Sequence record: LR026971.1
Direction: 5' to 3' (one strand)
Length of the DNA stretch: 32,000 bases
Positions 9,657 to 20,156 of the stretch are shown here, piece by piece. Numbering within the stretch: the first letter of the stretch is position 1; every line of letters starts with the position of its first letter. The notes under the pieces are model-generated. The model made no database searches, had not been told where the DNA came from, and saw nothing but the letters and a program-made list of their open reading frames with translations. The position numbers and the translations under genes were made by a program.

Positions 9657-11244
9657 TTATTTTGTGGGTCTGCTGTTTATACAGCAGACAGAAGCTGTGT
9701 TGGTTTTAATCCAACTGTATAAGAATATATATTTAAAAAAATTATTTAATTGTATATTAGTTAGTTTAGCTTTGAAATCGCTTTGTATAAATGATTTAGA
9801 GCTAGCGCCCAATAAAAAATCAAAACTTTCATCTTTATTCCTTAACCATTCTCTGGTATTTATTAAAGGGAGAGTATATAGTTTAAGGCGCAAGCCTCAA
9901 ATAATGAATTATTTAACCCAGCAAACAGCTAAATTTTCTGCCCTGAAAGAAGATGGTCGGGTGCGTAGCCCAAATTTTTTAGAATGATTCGTAGGATTTA
10001 CCGATGCTGAAGGTAGTTTTAGTATAAACCCTATGCTTACTAAGGATGGATCGACTCTTTCTAAGGTTGGATTCATGTTTAAAATCGCTTTGCATATAGA
10101 CGATGAGAAGGTTTTAAGATATATTAGTGCTAAATTAGGTGTTGGAGGGGTTCGTCTTTATAAAAATGAATGTATATTTAGTGTTACTGATAAAAAAGGT
10201 ATACTATTATTAATATCGATATTTGATAAATATAATCTAAATACCTCAAAATACTTAGATTATTTAGATTTTAAACAAGCTTTTTTTGGCTACCATTTTA
10301 ATGGTTGAAATAATAATTTAGATAGTGAAACCAGTTTTACTAGTGAGTCAATAAAAAATAAAATTATAGAACTAAAAAATAAAATGAATACTAATCGTAT
10401 TAATTTTGATAGACCTGAAAGTTCTAAAATTATAATTACTAAATATTGACTACTAGGGTTTATAGAAGGGGATGGGTCTTTCTTTATAAGAAGAGATAAT
10501 TTAACACCTACTTTTTCTATCGAAAATACTGGGGTACAATTGCCTGTTTTACTTAAGATAAAAGAATTCTTAGAAAATTCTCTTGGTTTTGACAAATATT
10601 CTTTATATAAAATAAAAAATTCATCTATTATATTACTAACTACAGTAAAAGCTAGATGCGTTAATGGTAAAAGTAGTGTATCTCTTATTATAAATAACAT
10701 AAATGTTCTATATAATTATTTAATACCTTTCTTTTCCGACGCTGAATTTTTAACTAAAAAAGGAAAAGATTTTAACGATTTTAAAATTATCAGTAAAGCT
10801 GTGTATATGGGAGCCCATAGGAAAGAAGAGATAAGATCTTTAATTTTAAAATTATCAAATACTATGAATAATTTTAGATTATCAACCTATAAAGGAATAA
10901 TTGAATATTTAAATAAAGAGGAATTAAATATATTAACAACTGTAACATCTACAATTGAATATCTTATAGATGGAAGAGTCAGGGATAATATTACAAAAAA
11001 AATATTACCTAGACAGGTTAGTTGTATATACGAAATAATAAAAAATTATGGAGAAATTCTATTAGCTAATTCTTTAACTGAAGCTGCTTCAATTGTAGGA
11101 TTATATCCTGATACTTTAAGTAAATATTTAGATATTGAAATATTAAATCCTAAAGATGCTTTTATTGAAATTAAAAATTTAAAAATTAGAAGAGTACGTG
11201 TACTCTTTAGGAATACAGAGCTTCCATACTTCGTTAATAAATAG
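9657..11244 (+). CDS. LAGLIDADG homing endonuclease with C-terminal helix-turn-helix extension, in frame with nad5 exon 1
   Basis: Track ORFs 9664-9987, 10033-10308 and 10540-11244 share one frame across TGA codons. Motifs are WFVGFTDAEGSFSI and WLLGFIEGDGSFFI. The tail reads ..SLTEAASIVGLYPDTLSKYLD... Stop is TAG 11242-11244. Confidence 0.8.
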
Positions 11245-11464
11245 GGACTCCCCCCCCCCGTCTTTTAATTACTTTCATTACGGTATATGCCTACGAAGTC
11301 TGGGACTATAATTAAATAAAAACTTTATATATATATATATAATAACCCTTACAATAGCCACAATTAGCTAGTTTAACTATTTGAGCTGTGGGTTTTACCG
11401 AGGTCAACATATCAATGGTATGTATGTGCACAAGCTCTTCTTGATGGTTTTCAGCTATTGTGGC

Positions 11465-11475
11465 GGCGCAAGCTC
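11465..11475 (+). repeat. MUSE-type undecamer GGCGCAAGCTC, exact
   Basis: Exact 11-mer in the non-coding 3' part of nad5-i1. Confidence 0.85.
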
Positions 11476-11951
11476 GCAAGGGGGTATATAATGTTTATTA
11501 ATAAATCACTTTTAATCAAGAATATTATAAATGCGCAAGCTACAAATTAGACGAAGTACTAAAAAATTTTTTTTGCTTCGTGCTTCGCTAGAAAGGATCT
11601 TAATATACAGAGTATATCATTAATAGGAATTGAGCAAGATTATAATCAAACAATTCTATACTTATACAAAAGTGGTGAAAACGGTTAAGGAGGATATACT
11701 TTAAGACCGTCGGCAGTTATAAATGTCGCTACAGACTGGTTCACCGGGGTTAGGCTGAAATGTCTGTCCAAATGTACAGTCGGATCCTAGAACGAATGTG
11801 ATATCGTAGAGAGTAAATATTTATCGAAAAAACACTACACATAGTGGATAGCCTTACCGCAAAGGTAATAAACTCTTAAGTAGGTAAACTACTCTTAATG
11901 TCTATTGCTCTTATGACAGAGTTGACATCAAGGTCAGGTTAACTAGGATTG

Positions 11952-12027
11952 TTCAATGTTAATTCCTGTATTGATAATAAGTTCTTTAGTTCACATATAT
12001 TCAATTTCGTACATGAGTAGTGATCCT
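11952..12027 (+). CDS. nad5: nad5 exon 2 (76 nt)
   Basis: (V)SMLIPVLIISSLVHIYSISYMSSDP. Confidence 0.85.
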
Positions 12028-13479
12028 CGAGGTAGCGTGGAGGGAATACGCTTCTATGGGGGTAAACTGTCAAATTCCGGGGAACTCCTAAAGCTTAAGG
12101 TACCAAGCTGTATTTGAAAAATTATCAGTGGCTGAGGTAATTGCTCAGGTATGGTAACAAGCCTTAAGATATGTGAAAACAAAATGGACAATCGCGGATC
12201 TAAGTCAACAAAACTAAAAGTTAATGTTGTAAAAGAGCAACGAGTAAACGGCAGTTGATCAGCTAAGTCTAACTTAACTAATTTAAGATGTACTCTAACA
12301 GGTTTTGAAAAGAATCGTGGTATAAATCACGGCTTCAACCGTCAAATGAGTTGAAGTTCACGTGTTAAAATCCCATCTAAGCAATTCCGTCTCAGCTCCG
12401 TCGTTTTTATTCATGGTACTTCTAAATTGACTTCGGTGAATCCTGGAGTTTGGTCTGGTTTAATAGACGGAGAAGGTTCTTTTTCAATAATCTTAGTTAG
12501 AAATTCAACACGTAAATTAGGTTGACGTATTGAACCAAAATTTCAACTTGGTTTACATAAAAAAGATTATGATGTATTATTACAGTTACAGCTTTTTTTA
12601 GGTGGTGCCGGTGGTATCTATTCAGCTCGGAATGGTGAGTTTGTTAACTACATAATTAGTTCTATTAAAGATTTAAATAAACTTGTTGTTCATTTAGAAC
12701 ATTATCCATTGTTAACTCAAAAATCCGTGGATTTCTTTTTCTTTAAACAAATAATAGATTTAATTAATAATAAAGCTCATTTTACTGTTGAAGGTTTAAA
12801 TAAAATAGTAAATCTAAAAGCATCTATGAATTTAGGTTTATCCGATAAGTTAAAATTAGAGTTTCCTGGATATCAAGTCATGGAAAGACCTATTTTTAAT
12901 TGTATCGAAGTAGCTGCAAATATAAGTCCTTCTTGGATTTCTGGTTTTGTTAGTGCTGAAGGGAACTTTGATGTTCGTACACCTAAAACAAATAGTAAAA
13001 CGGGTTATAGAGTTCAGTTAAGATTTAGGGTAACCCAGCATGTTAGGGATGTCATATTAATGGAAAAATTAGTTCAATATTTAGGAGGAGGAAAAGTATA
13101 TAAATATACTAGATCTGGTGTTCATTTAAGTATAGTTGATTTCTCCTTAATCACTAATAGAATAATTCCTATATTTAAAGAAAATCCTTTAGTTGGTGTA
13201 AAATCTAAGGATTTTGAAGACTGATGTAAAATACATGAATTAATAGTTAATCGTTCACACTTAACTATTAAAGGTATGAACTTTATACAAGAAATTAAAT
13301 TGGGTATGAATAGAGGTAGAAGTATTGAGACAGAGTAAGAAGGTAAGATTAATTAATTTCAAGATTACGTCACTTCGTCTATATGAAGAATTTGCTTTAA
13401 GACCCTCGATGTAACCGGCGCCATTCAAAAAGTAAACTAGTATAAATTGAGACAAATTGTATGATAAATTTAACAAAAG
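12028..13479 (+). mobile_element. Group I intron nad5-i2 with LAGLIDADG ORF; paralogue of nad1-i2
   Basis: Shares CGGGGAACTCCTAAAGCTTA, AGTGGCTGA(G/A)GTAATT, AAATGGACAATCGCG.ATCTAAGTCA and GTAAAAGAGCAACGAG with 28605-30011. It ends in AAG at 13479. Confidence 0.75.
12346..13338 (+). CDS. LAGLIDADG homing endonuclease (free-standing in the intron)
   Basis: The frame opens after TAA 12229-12231 and the first ATG is at 12346. Motifs are WSGLIDGEGSFSI and WISGFVSAEGNFDV. It ends ..GMNRGRSIETE with TAA 13336-13338. Confidence 0.8.
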
Positions 13480-13827
13480 CATAATCAAAGGTTTTTTAGT
13501 TATTTAAGCTTATTTACATTTATGATGATAATACTTGTAACAGCTAATAATTATTTATTAATGTTTGTAGGATGAGAAGGTGTAGGAGTTTGTTCATATC
13601 TATTAGTTAGTTTTTGATTTACTAGAATAGCAGCTAATCAAAGTTCTATATCTGCCTTCTTAGCTAATAGAGTAGGGGATTGTTTTTTAACAATTGGTAT
13701 GTTTGCTATATTATGATCTTTAGGTAATTTAGATTATAGTACAGTATTTTCATTAGCCCCTTATATTAACAGTAAAGTAGTTCTTATTATAGGTATATGT
13801 TTATTAATTGGTGCTATGGCTAAAAGT
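13480..13827 (+). CDS. nad5: nad5 exon 3
   Basis: [116 protein letters not shown]. Confidence 0.9.
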
Positions 13828-16167
13828 GTGCGCTGATGAGCTTTATTTTGAAATGGAGATATAATCTCTAAACATTGGTCAAATATGTTTCTGACTACGA
13901 AATTAGGTGGCGGGGAAATCCCAAAGTTGAACATAGCATTTTCGCATAATGAAGAGATTAGATCCAATCATGGGGATCGATTAGCTCTTCTAGTCAAGTT
14001 TTCTATGATTAAGACTATACTGTTTGAAGTTCATCTACCAGTTGTCTCAAGCCATGGACTTCAGCGTGCCTGAGATAGGCTGAATGCGGCAAACCTTTTT
14101 CTTGAACTTTTGGATAGGGTTATGGCCTGTCCGCAAACGAATTGCATAAACAATTTCAAGGTAGAGAGTGAACAATCTAAGGAAAACAAAATTCAAAATA
14201 TATGAAGATCAGGATTACCTAAGACTAGAAATAGTTATGGTAACAGAGGAGTAGTATTACCCTTTGTATATTATAACAATATATATTGTCCTTTAAAAAA
14301 GGGGATAAGGGGAAGAACTCTAGATTTTAATTTTAGATTGCTATCCACTAGTGCTGGGAGCCCAGTACAGATAAAATCTAACACTAATGATAAGCTTCTA
14401 AAGCTAGCTAAGCATTGTAAAAAGAATTTTAATGGTCAAATCCAAATGGACAAATTATACCGATTAATGTATGATTCAGCACTGTATGAATTGGCATATA
14501 AAAAGCTAGGCGCTAGTTCTGGGCGCAAACTCGGCGCAAGCTCTGGAGGGAATATAAATCAGGCGGGTATTAATATTAAACCCCTTGACCATAACCACTA
14601 CCCTTTAGTAGGATCCGCAGAGATGTTATCTGAAGTAATTGAAGGAATTATTGCTGAGTTGAAAGATAGTAGGTTTAGATTTGAAGGAAAAAAGGTAAAA
14701 ACCCTAGTAAGTAGACCTCTTACTACTTTTAGAAATAAACTGGTACAAGAGGTAATGAGAATGATTTTAGAAGTTATATTCGAACCAACTTTCTCTGAAC
14801 ACAACCATGGGTTTAGGCCAGGAAGGGGGTGTCATTCGGCTTTGAAAGAAATTAAGGCGCAAGCTATAAATTTTGGAGTATCAACCTGATATTTTGAAGG
14901 AGATATTTCTAAATACTTAGTTACTTGTGCTGACGAAGTTATGCATGCAAGCTCCTCTTTTGTTACTTCGAGACGTGGCGGCGACGGTGGCGGCAAAGCC
15001 GCAGCAGCAGCCGCGCTCGTAAGTTCTCAAATAGAAAGAGTCTTAATGAATATAATTGAAAATAAAATTAAAGACCGTAGGTTTACAGATTTAATATGAA
15101 AAGCTTTAAAAGCTGGATATTTTGAATTTAAAATATTCAAAGATTCAAATACAGGTACTACTCAAGGTGATATACTTAGCCCTATTTTAAGTAACATTTA
15201 TCTAAATGAATTAGATAGATTTATTAGTAAGTTAAAATTAGAGTACGATAAAGGAATTAAACCTAAAGTAAATCCTTATTATAACAAACTTTGTAATATG
15301 AAGAATAAAACTCTTGATGTACAAACTAGGATCCGTATCCATAAGTTACACTTGAAGACTCCTTATTATAAAACACTAGATCCTAGTTTCAAGAAATTAG
15401 TATATGTAAGATATGCTAATGTTTGGGTTATAGGTGTTAGAGGATCCAAAGAGGATTGTAACATTCTGTTAGAAAAAATAGAAATATTTTTTAAAGATAA
15501 ATTAAATATTGGGGGCGCAAGCTCTCGCGCAAGCTCGAGTTTTGAGCTTGTGCCTAAAACCCTATCTAGTATAACTAATGCTAAAAAGGTCTTATTCTTG
15601 GATACGGTAATATTCAGTAGCTGACACAGAAAACATCAATCTTTGACTTCCAGTTCATCAGGGTTCATGCTAAGAAATGGTAGAGAAATTAGACTTGAAG
15701 CACCTAAACAAATAATACTACAAAAACTAAATGAAGCCGGTTTTATAACTAATGGGAAACCATCTCCTAAATTACTATGACAACATTATAATAAGGACAC
15801 AATAATAACATTATATAATTCTGTATATAGGTATATTAATTATTATAGTTTTGCTGAAAATATTTCCAAAATTTCTTCATGACTTCACTTTATATTAAAA
15901 ACTTCTTGTGTGAAATTATTGGCATCCAAATTTAAATTAGGAACTATATGTAAAACTTATTTTAAATTTGGAAAAGATTTAAAAGGAGATAATAAAATCG
16001 GTTTTGTGGATGCGATGGCTTATGGAATAAATATTTGAGACTTTAAGATATCAACTAAAGGTATAATTCAAATCCTATATGCTGGAACAAAAACCTCTAG
16101 AGGCGGAGCCGCGAAGCCGCTAAGGAGCAAAGCCGCGAAGCCACAAAGCCGCCGCACTAAAATTTAA
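13828..16167 (+). CDS. Group II intron reverse-transcriptase/maturase-like protein, open in frame with nad5 exon 3
   Basis: No TAA or TAG occurs from the exon to TAA 16165-16167. Contains [40 protein letters not shown] and [13 protein letters not shown] (the YADD position reads YANV). The X-domain reads ..[21 protein letters not shown]... No C-terminal Zn/HNH segment was recognised. Confidence 0.85.
14509..14543 (+). repeat. Tandem cluster of three MUSE-type units
   Basis: GGCGCTAGTTC-tg-GGCGCAAACTC-GGCGCAAGCTC, with the last copy exact. Translated in frame as [14 protein letters not shown] within the RT ORF. Confidence 0.85.
15514..15554 (+). repeat. Cluster of MUSE-type units: two direct plus one inverted variant
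   Basis: GGCGCAAGCTC (exact, 15514-15524), CGCGCAAGCTC (15526-15536) and GAGCTTGTGCC (15544-15554). Read in frame as [15 protein letters not shown] in the RT ORF. Confidence 0.85.
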
Positions 16168-16365
16168 TAAAATTAATGGATTAATGGTTAAAATAGTGCT
16201 TTCGAGGAGGCTACGTATACGAAGTATGCTTTATATATAGCGCTATATATAGCGCAAGCTCCTCCTCGACATACTTTGTCAGTATGTATGTATGTCAGCA
16301 CTAATATTACCAGACAGTAATACCACTATATATATAATGCAAACGCTTAGTAAATTAAAATTGGA

Positions 16366-16399
16366 GAGCCGTATGATGGGAAACTATCACGTACGGTTC
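16366..16399 (+). other. Group II intron domain V
   Basis: GAGCCGTAT-GATGG-GAAA-CTATC-AC-GTACGGTTC shows the consensus stems, GAAA tetraloop and AC bulge. Confidence 0.9.
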
Positions 16400-16445
16400 G
16401 GGAAAAGGTATATATACTGATAAGAGGTATACGTATCTAGTTCAT

Positions 16446-17726
16446 TCTCAAGTAGGTTTACATGTATGATTACCTATGGCGATGGAAGGTCCTACTCCTG
16501 TATCAGCATTAATACATGCAGCTACTATGGTAACTGCAGGTGTATATTTACTAATGCGTAGTTCACCATTAATTGAATATAATAGTACAGTTTTATTATT
16601 ATGTTTATGATTAGGTGCGATAACTACTGTATTTAGTTCTCTTATAGGTCTGTTCCAACAAGATATAAAAAAAGTTATAGCTTATTCCACAATGAGTCAA
16701 TTGGGAATGATGGTTATAGCTATAGGTTTATCATCTTACAATGTAGCTTTATTCCACTTAATAAATCATGCATTTTATAAAGCGCTATTGTTTTTAGGAG
16801 CAGGTAGTGTTATACACGCTGTAGCTGATAACCAAGATTTTAGAAAGTATGGTGGATTAATAAATTTTCTACCTTTAACATACTCTGTTATGTTAATAGC
16901 GAGTTTAAGTTTAGTTGCTTTCCCTTTCATGACAGGTTTTTATAGTAAAGATTTTATTTTAGAATCTGCTTATGGACAATTTAGTTTTTCAGGTGTAGCT
17001 GTATATATAATAGCTACTATAGGTGCAATATTTACAACGCTATATTCTGTTAAAGTTTTATACTTAACTTTTATTTCTACACCTAGCGCACCTTTACATA
17101 CTTATAAAGGTGCTCATGAAGGTGATTTATTCCTTACTTTACCCTTAATAATTTTAGCTATATTTTCTATATTTTTCGGATTTTTTACTAAAGATATTTT
17201 CATTGGCCTTGGTTCTAGCTTCTTTGCTGATAATAGTTTATTTATTCACCCAACTCATGAAATCACTATCGATACTGAATTTGGAGTTCCTGTATTTTGA
17301 AAATTACTTCCTTTTGTATTTACAGTTTCATTTAGTATTGTAAGTTTAGTGTTATCTGAGTATTTACCAGAATTAGTAATAAAATTTAAATTAAGTAGAT
17401 TAGGTTATAATATTTTTGGTTTCTTTAATCAAAGATTTTTAATTGAATTATTTTATAATAAATATATTACAAATTTAATTTTAGATTTAGGGGGACAAAT
17501 GACTAAGATATTAGATAAAGGTAGTATAGAACTATTTGGGCCTTTTGGCTTAGAAAAAGGGTTAGTTAATTTTAGTAAAAATATATCATCTCTAAGTACA
17601 AGTCATGTAACGACTTATGCATTATATATCTTAGTAGCTTTTATTTTATATTTACTTTATAATTATTTATCTTTTAATTTTTTGCCATTTCTTATAGCTG
17701 GACTCACTATACTAACAACGATATAA
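16446..17726 (+). CDS. nad5: nad5 exon 4
   Basis: [49 protein letters not shown]... continues through track ORFs 16692-17300 and 17349-17726 in one frame. Stop is TAA 17724-17726. Summed nad5 exons total 1953 nt. Confidence 0.9.
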
Positions 17727-18087
17727 TGTTCTTATTTTTATTTTTTATTTTTATGTATTTTTTTAGGCCTAAACTCTATTTTTAGAGTAAGTGACACAAG
17801 CTCTAAATGTAATAGAGTTTTCAATAAAATCTTATGGAAATCATAAAAAGTACCTGCATATAAAGAACAAATTAGTAAACTGATTGAAAAAGAAAAGATA
17901 TGTAAATCAGCTTTAGAAAATATTGAGCAGGTTAAATTTTTAGAAGAAGAAAATAGTAAAGGTAAAGGTAAGGATAATTAAATTTAATGCGTATGTACAT
18001 ACGTACGGCGCCGTCGTACTACGAACCATAGCTATTTAAGTAATGATTTTTTAGTAAGTGAATCAAGCAAGCATACTTCGTACACCA

Positions 18088-18116
18088 GGACTTGCCTGGC
18101 TTAGCCAGGCAAGTCC
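18088..18116. repeat. Perfect GC-rich hairpin (13-bp stem, 3-nt loop)
   Basis: GGACTTGCCTGGC-TTA-GCCAGGCAAGTCC in the nad5-cox2 spacer. Confidence 0.85.
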
Positions 18117-18583
18117 AATAAGCCCGGCAAGCTGTATATAATATATAATATAAAGGGTAAATCTTATTGCTATATAATCATTTTATGATTATATAACAAA
18201 GTGATTATTATTATAAAAAAAATGTAGAGGATAAGGATTTAATTTATACACGAACTCTTAATATAAAGTCAGTACGTCTATTACCACTAAAGTGCAGGCT
18301 GTTATATTTATACTAAGATGTCTGTTTAGAATCCAAATCTTATGTAGATTTGCTGCTTGCGCCCGGGCTGGCTGGCTGGTGGCTACGCCGCATCAGCAGC
18401 AGAAGTAGGCGCGACCAGGCTACGCGTGTACGACGGCGCATGTCTGTATGCTTGCTGTTATTTTTTTTTATATTCTATATAACATGTATAATGATATAAT
18501 ATAATATTATATAATAATATTTCAATATAGAATAAATTGTATTTTATTATTTTTTTATGTTTTTTTTAATTAATAAATTAGTT

Positions 18584-18787
18584 ATGAATTTTGATGCTCC
18601 CAGTCCTTGAGGTATATATTTTCAAGATAGTGCTACTCCTCAGATGGAAGGGTTAAATGAATTACACGATAATATAATGTATTATTTAGTAGTTATATTA
18701 TTTGCTGTAGGATGAATTTTATTATCTATAGTTATAAACTATATTAGTACAAAATCACCAATCTCACATAAATATTTAAATCACGGT
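18584..18787 (+). CDS. cox2: cox2 exon 1
   Basis: [68 protein letters not shown]. An alternative upstream start within 6 codons cannot be excluded. Confidence 0.85.
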
Positions 18788-19714
18788 AGAGATGTGCCTA
18801 TTCAAAAGTGTTTTAAGTTTAAAGGTAACTTGCGCTTGGTAAATAATAACAATAAATATATACGTTCTTATAGTACAACATCTTCTTCAGGTCCTAAGAC
18901 CAAGTCGCTAGGCCTGTCCCAAAAGGACCATAATAGTATAAAATTGTATCAAGATCCTTATTCAATGAGAAAATTAATTATAAAAGATAACAAAAATAAA
19001 TCTGGTATCTATAAATGGACCAATAAATTAACTAATGATATATATATTGGACAATCAGTTGATTTATCTAAAAGATTTATAAGATACTTTAATATGAGTT
19101 ATTTTGTGCGAAGCCTAAATAGAGAAACTCTTATAATAAGTAGAGCTTTGATTAAATACGGGTATTCCAACTTCCAGCTTGAAGTATTAGAATATTGTGA
19201 TATAGCTGATTTAACAGAAAGAGAACAATACTATCTTGATAAGTTAAATCCTAAATACAATATTTTAAAAATAGCAGGTAGTTCTTTAGGATATAAACTA
19301 ACAGAAGAAACTAAAGCTAAAATTAGTAAATCTTTAAAAGGAATATATGTAGGAGAAAAATCTGCTTTATATGGTCGCACTCATTCTGAAGAAACTAAAG
19401 CACTCATGGCTCTAAATAAGTTAGGGGCAAATAATTCATTATTTGGTAAAACCCATTCTGAAAAAACTAAAGAGTTAATGAGACAAAAAGCTTTAGGTAG
19501 AAAACATTCTGAAGAAACTCTATTAAAGATGAGTGCTAGCAGAGGTTATCTTGTTAACATATATGAAAAATCTGATTCAAAAGGGTTTCAATTAATAGGT
19601 AGTTTTGTTTCAATAAGAAGAGCTGCCAAATTTTTAGGAATTAGTAGTAATACTATAAGACTCTATATAAATTCTGGTAAAATATTTAAAGATAGATATA
19701 AATTTACTAGCTAA
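18788..19714 (+). CDS. GIY-YIG homing endonuclease, in frame with cox2 exon 1
   Basis: SGIYKWTNKLTNDIYIGQSVDLSKRFIRYF is followed by four ..HSEETK.. modules and a C-terminal FVSIRRAAKFLGISSNTIRLYINSG helix-turn-helix. Confidence 0.85.
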   Translation, partial: RDVPIQKCFKFKGNLRLVNNNNKYIRSYSTTSSSGPKTKSLGLSQKDHNSIKLYQDPYSMRKLIIKDNKNKSGIYKWTNKLTNDIYIGQSVDLSKRFIRYFNMSYFVRSLNRETLIISRALIKYGYSNFQLEVLEYCDIADLTEREQYYLDKLNPKYNILKIAGSSLGYKLTEETKAKISKSLKGIYVGEKSALYGRTHSEETKALMALNKLGANNSLFGKTHSEKTKELMRQKALGRKHSEETLLKMSASRGYLVNIYEKSDSKGFQLIGSFVSIRRAAKFLGISSNTIRLYINSGKIFKDRYKFTS

Positions 19715-20066
19715 CGAAGTACACGCAGGAATAAATACCAAATAAATTTAAAAAAACTATGAATAAAATTCCACTATATGCTGGAAACTCCTAAAGCCTT
19801 CAGGTACTATAAAGATAATAGATATATACTTTATCAGTGATAACCCTAAAGGATGTACAATGGATTATCAGCAGGAAACCAAGACCTTGGTATTCTGCCG
19901 CCACCTGTGGTGGCAGGACACTGAGGGTGGGGGGGGGAGCGCTGCGCCGCCCTCGGTACTAAATACTTTGGATCCTCAGAGACTACACGTGGAAATCAAA
20001 CGTCGACGACGTCGACTTATAAGATAAGATATAGTCCAGTTAAGTATGAAAGTACTTATGTTGTAG
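18788..20066 (+). mobile_element. Group I intron cox2-i1 with GIY-YIG ORF
   Basis: The ORF is 5' and the core 3': TATATGCTGGAAACTC ~19776, ATCAGCAGGAAACC ~19868, CCTCAGAGACTACACG ~19974, AAGATATAGTCC 20026-20037. It ends in G20066. Confidence 0.8.
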
Positions 20067-20156
20067 ACATTAATCGAATTAATATGAACTATTACTCCAG
20101 CAGTAATATTAATATTAATTGCTTTTCCTTCTTTTAAATTATTATATTTAATGGAT
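20067..20156 (+). CDS. cox2: cox2 exon 2 (90 nt)
   Basis: TLIELIWTITPAVILILIAFPSFKLLYLMD. Confidence 0.85.

Larger units (their letters stand above)
9657..11951 (+). mobile_element. Group I intron nad5-i1 with long LAGLIDADG ORF
   Basis: Interrupts ..FQFDSLTV|SMLIPVL... It ends in G11951. The 3' 700 nt is non-coding, structured and studded with GC elements. The core class was not assigned by eye. Confidence 0.7.
13828..16445 (+). mobile_element. Group II intron nad5-i3 with RT/maturase ORF
   Basis: The 5' end is GTGCG. A canonical 34-nt domain V lies at 16366-16399. The 3' end ..TTCAT (AY) precedes exon codons [18 protein letters not shown]. Confidence 0.9.

Noticed and set aside
17847-17981. 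A Lys/Glu-rich open frame of ~44 codons (KEQISKLIEKEKICKSALENIEQVKFLEEENSKGKGKDN) downstream of nad5.
   Set aside because: It has no ATG, is below any sensible length threshold, and has a composition typical of A-rich spacer translated by chance.
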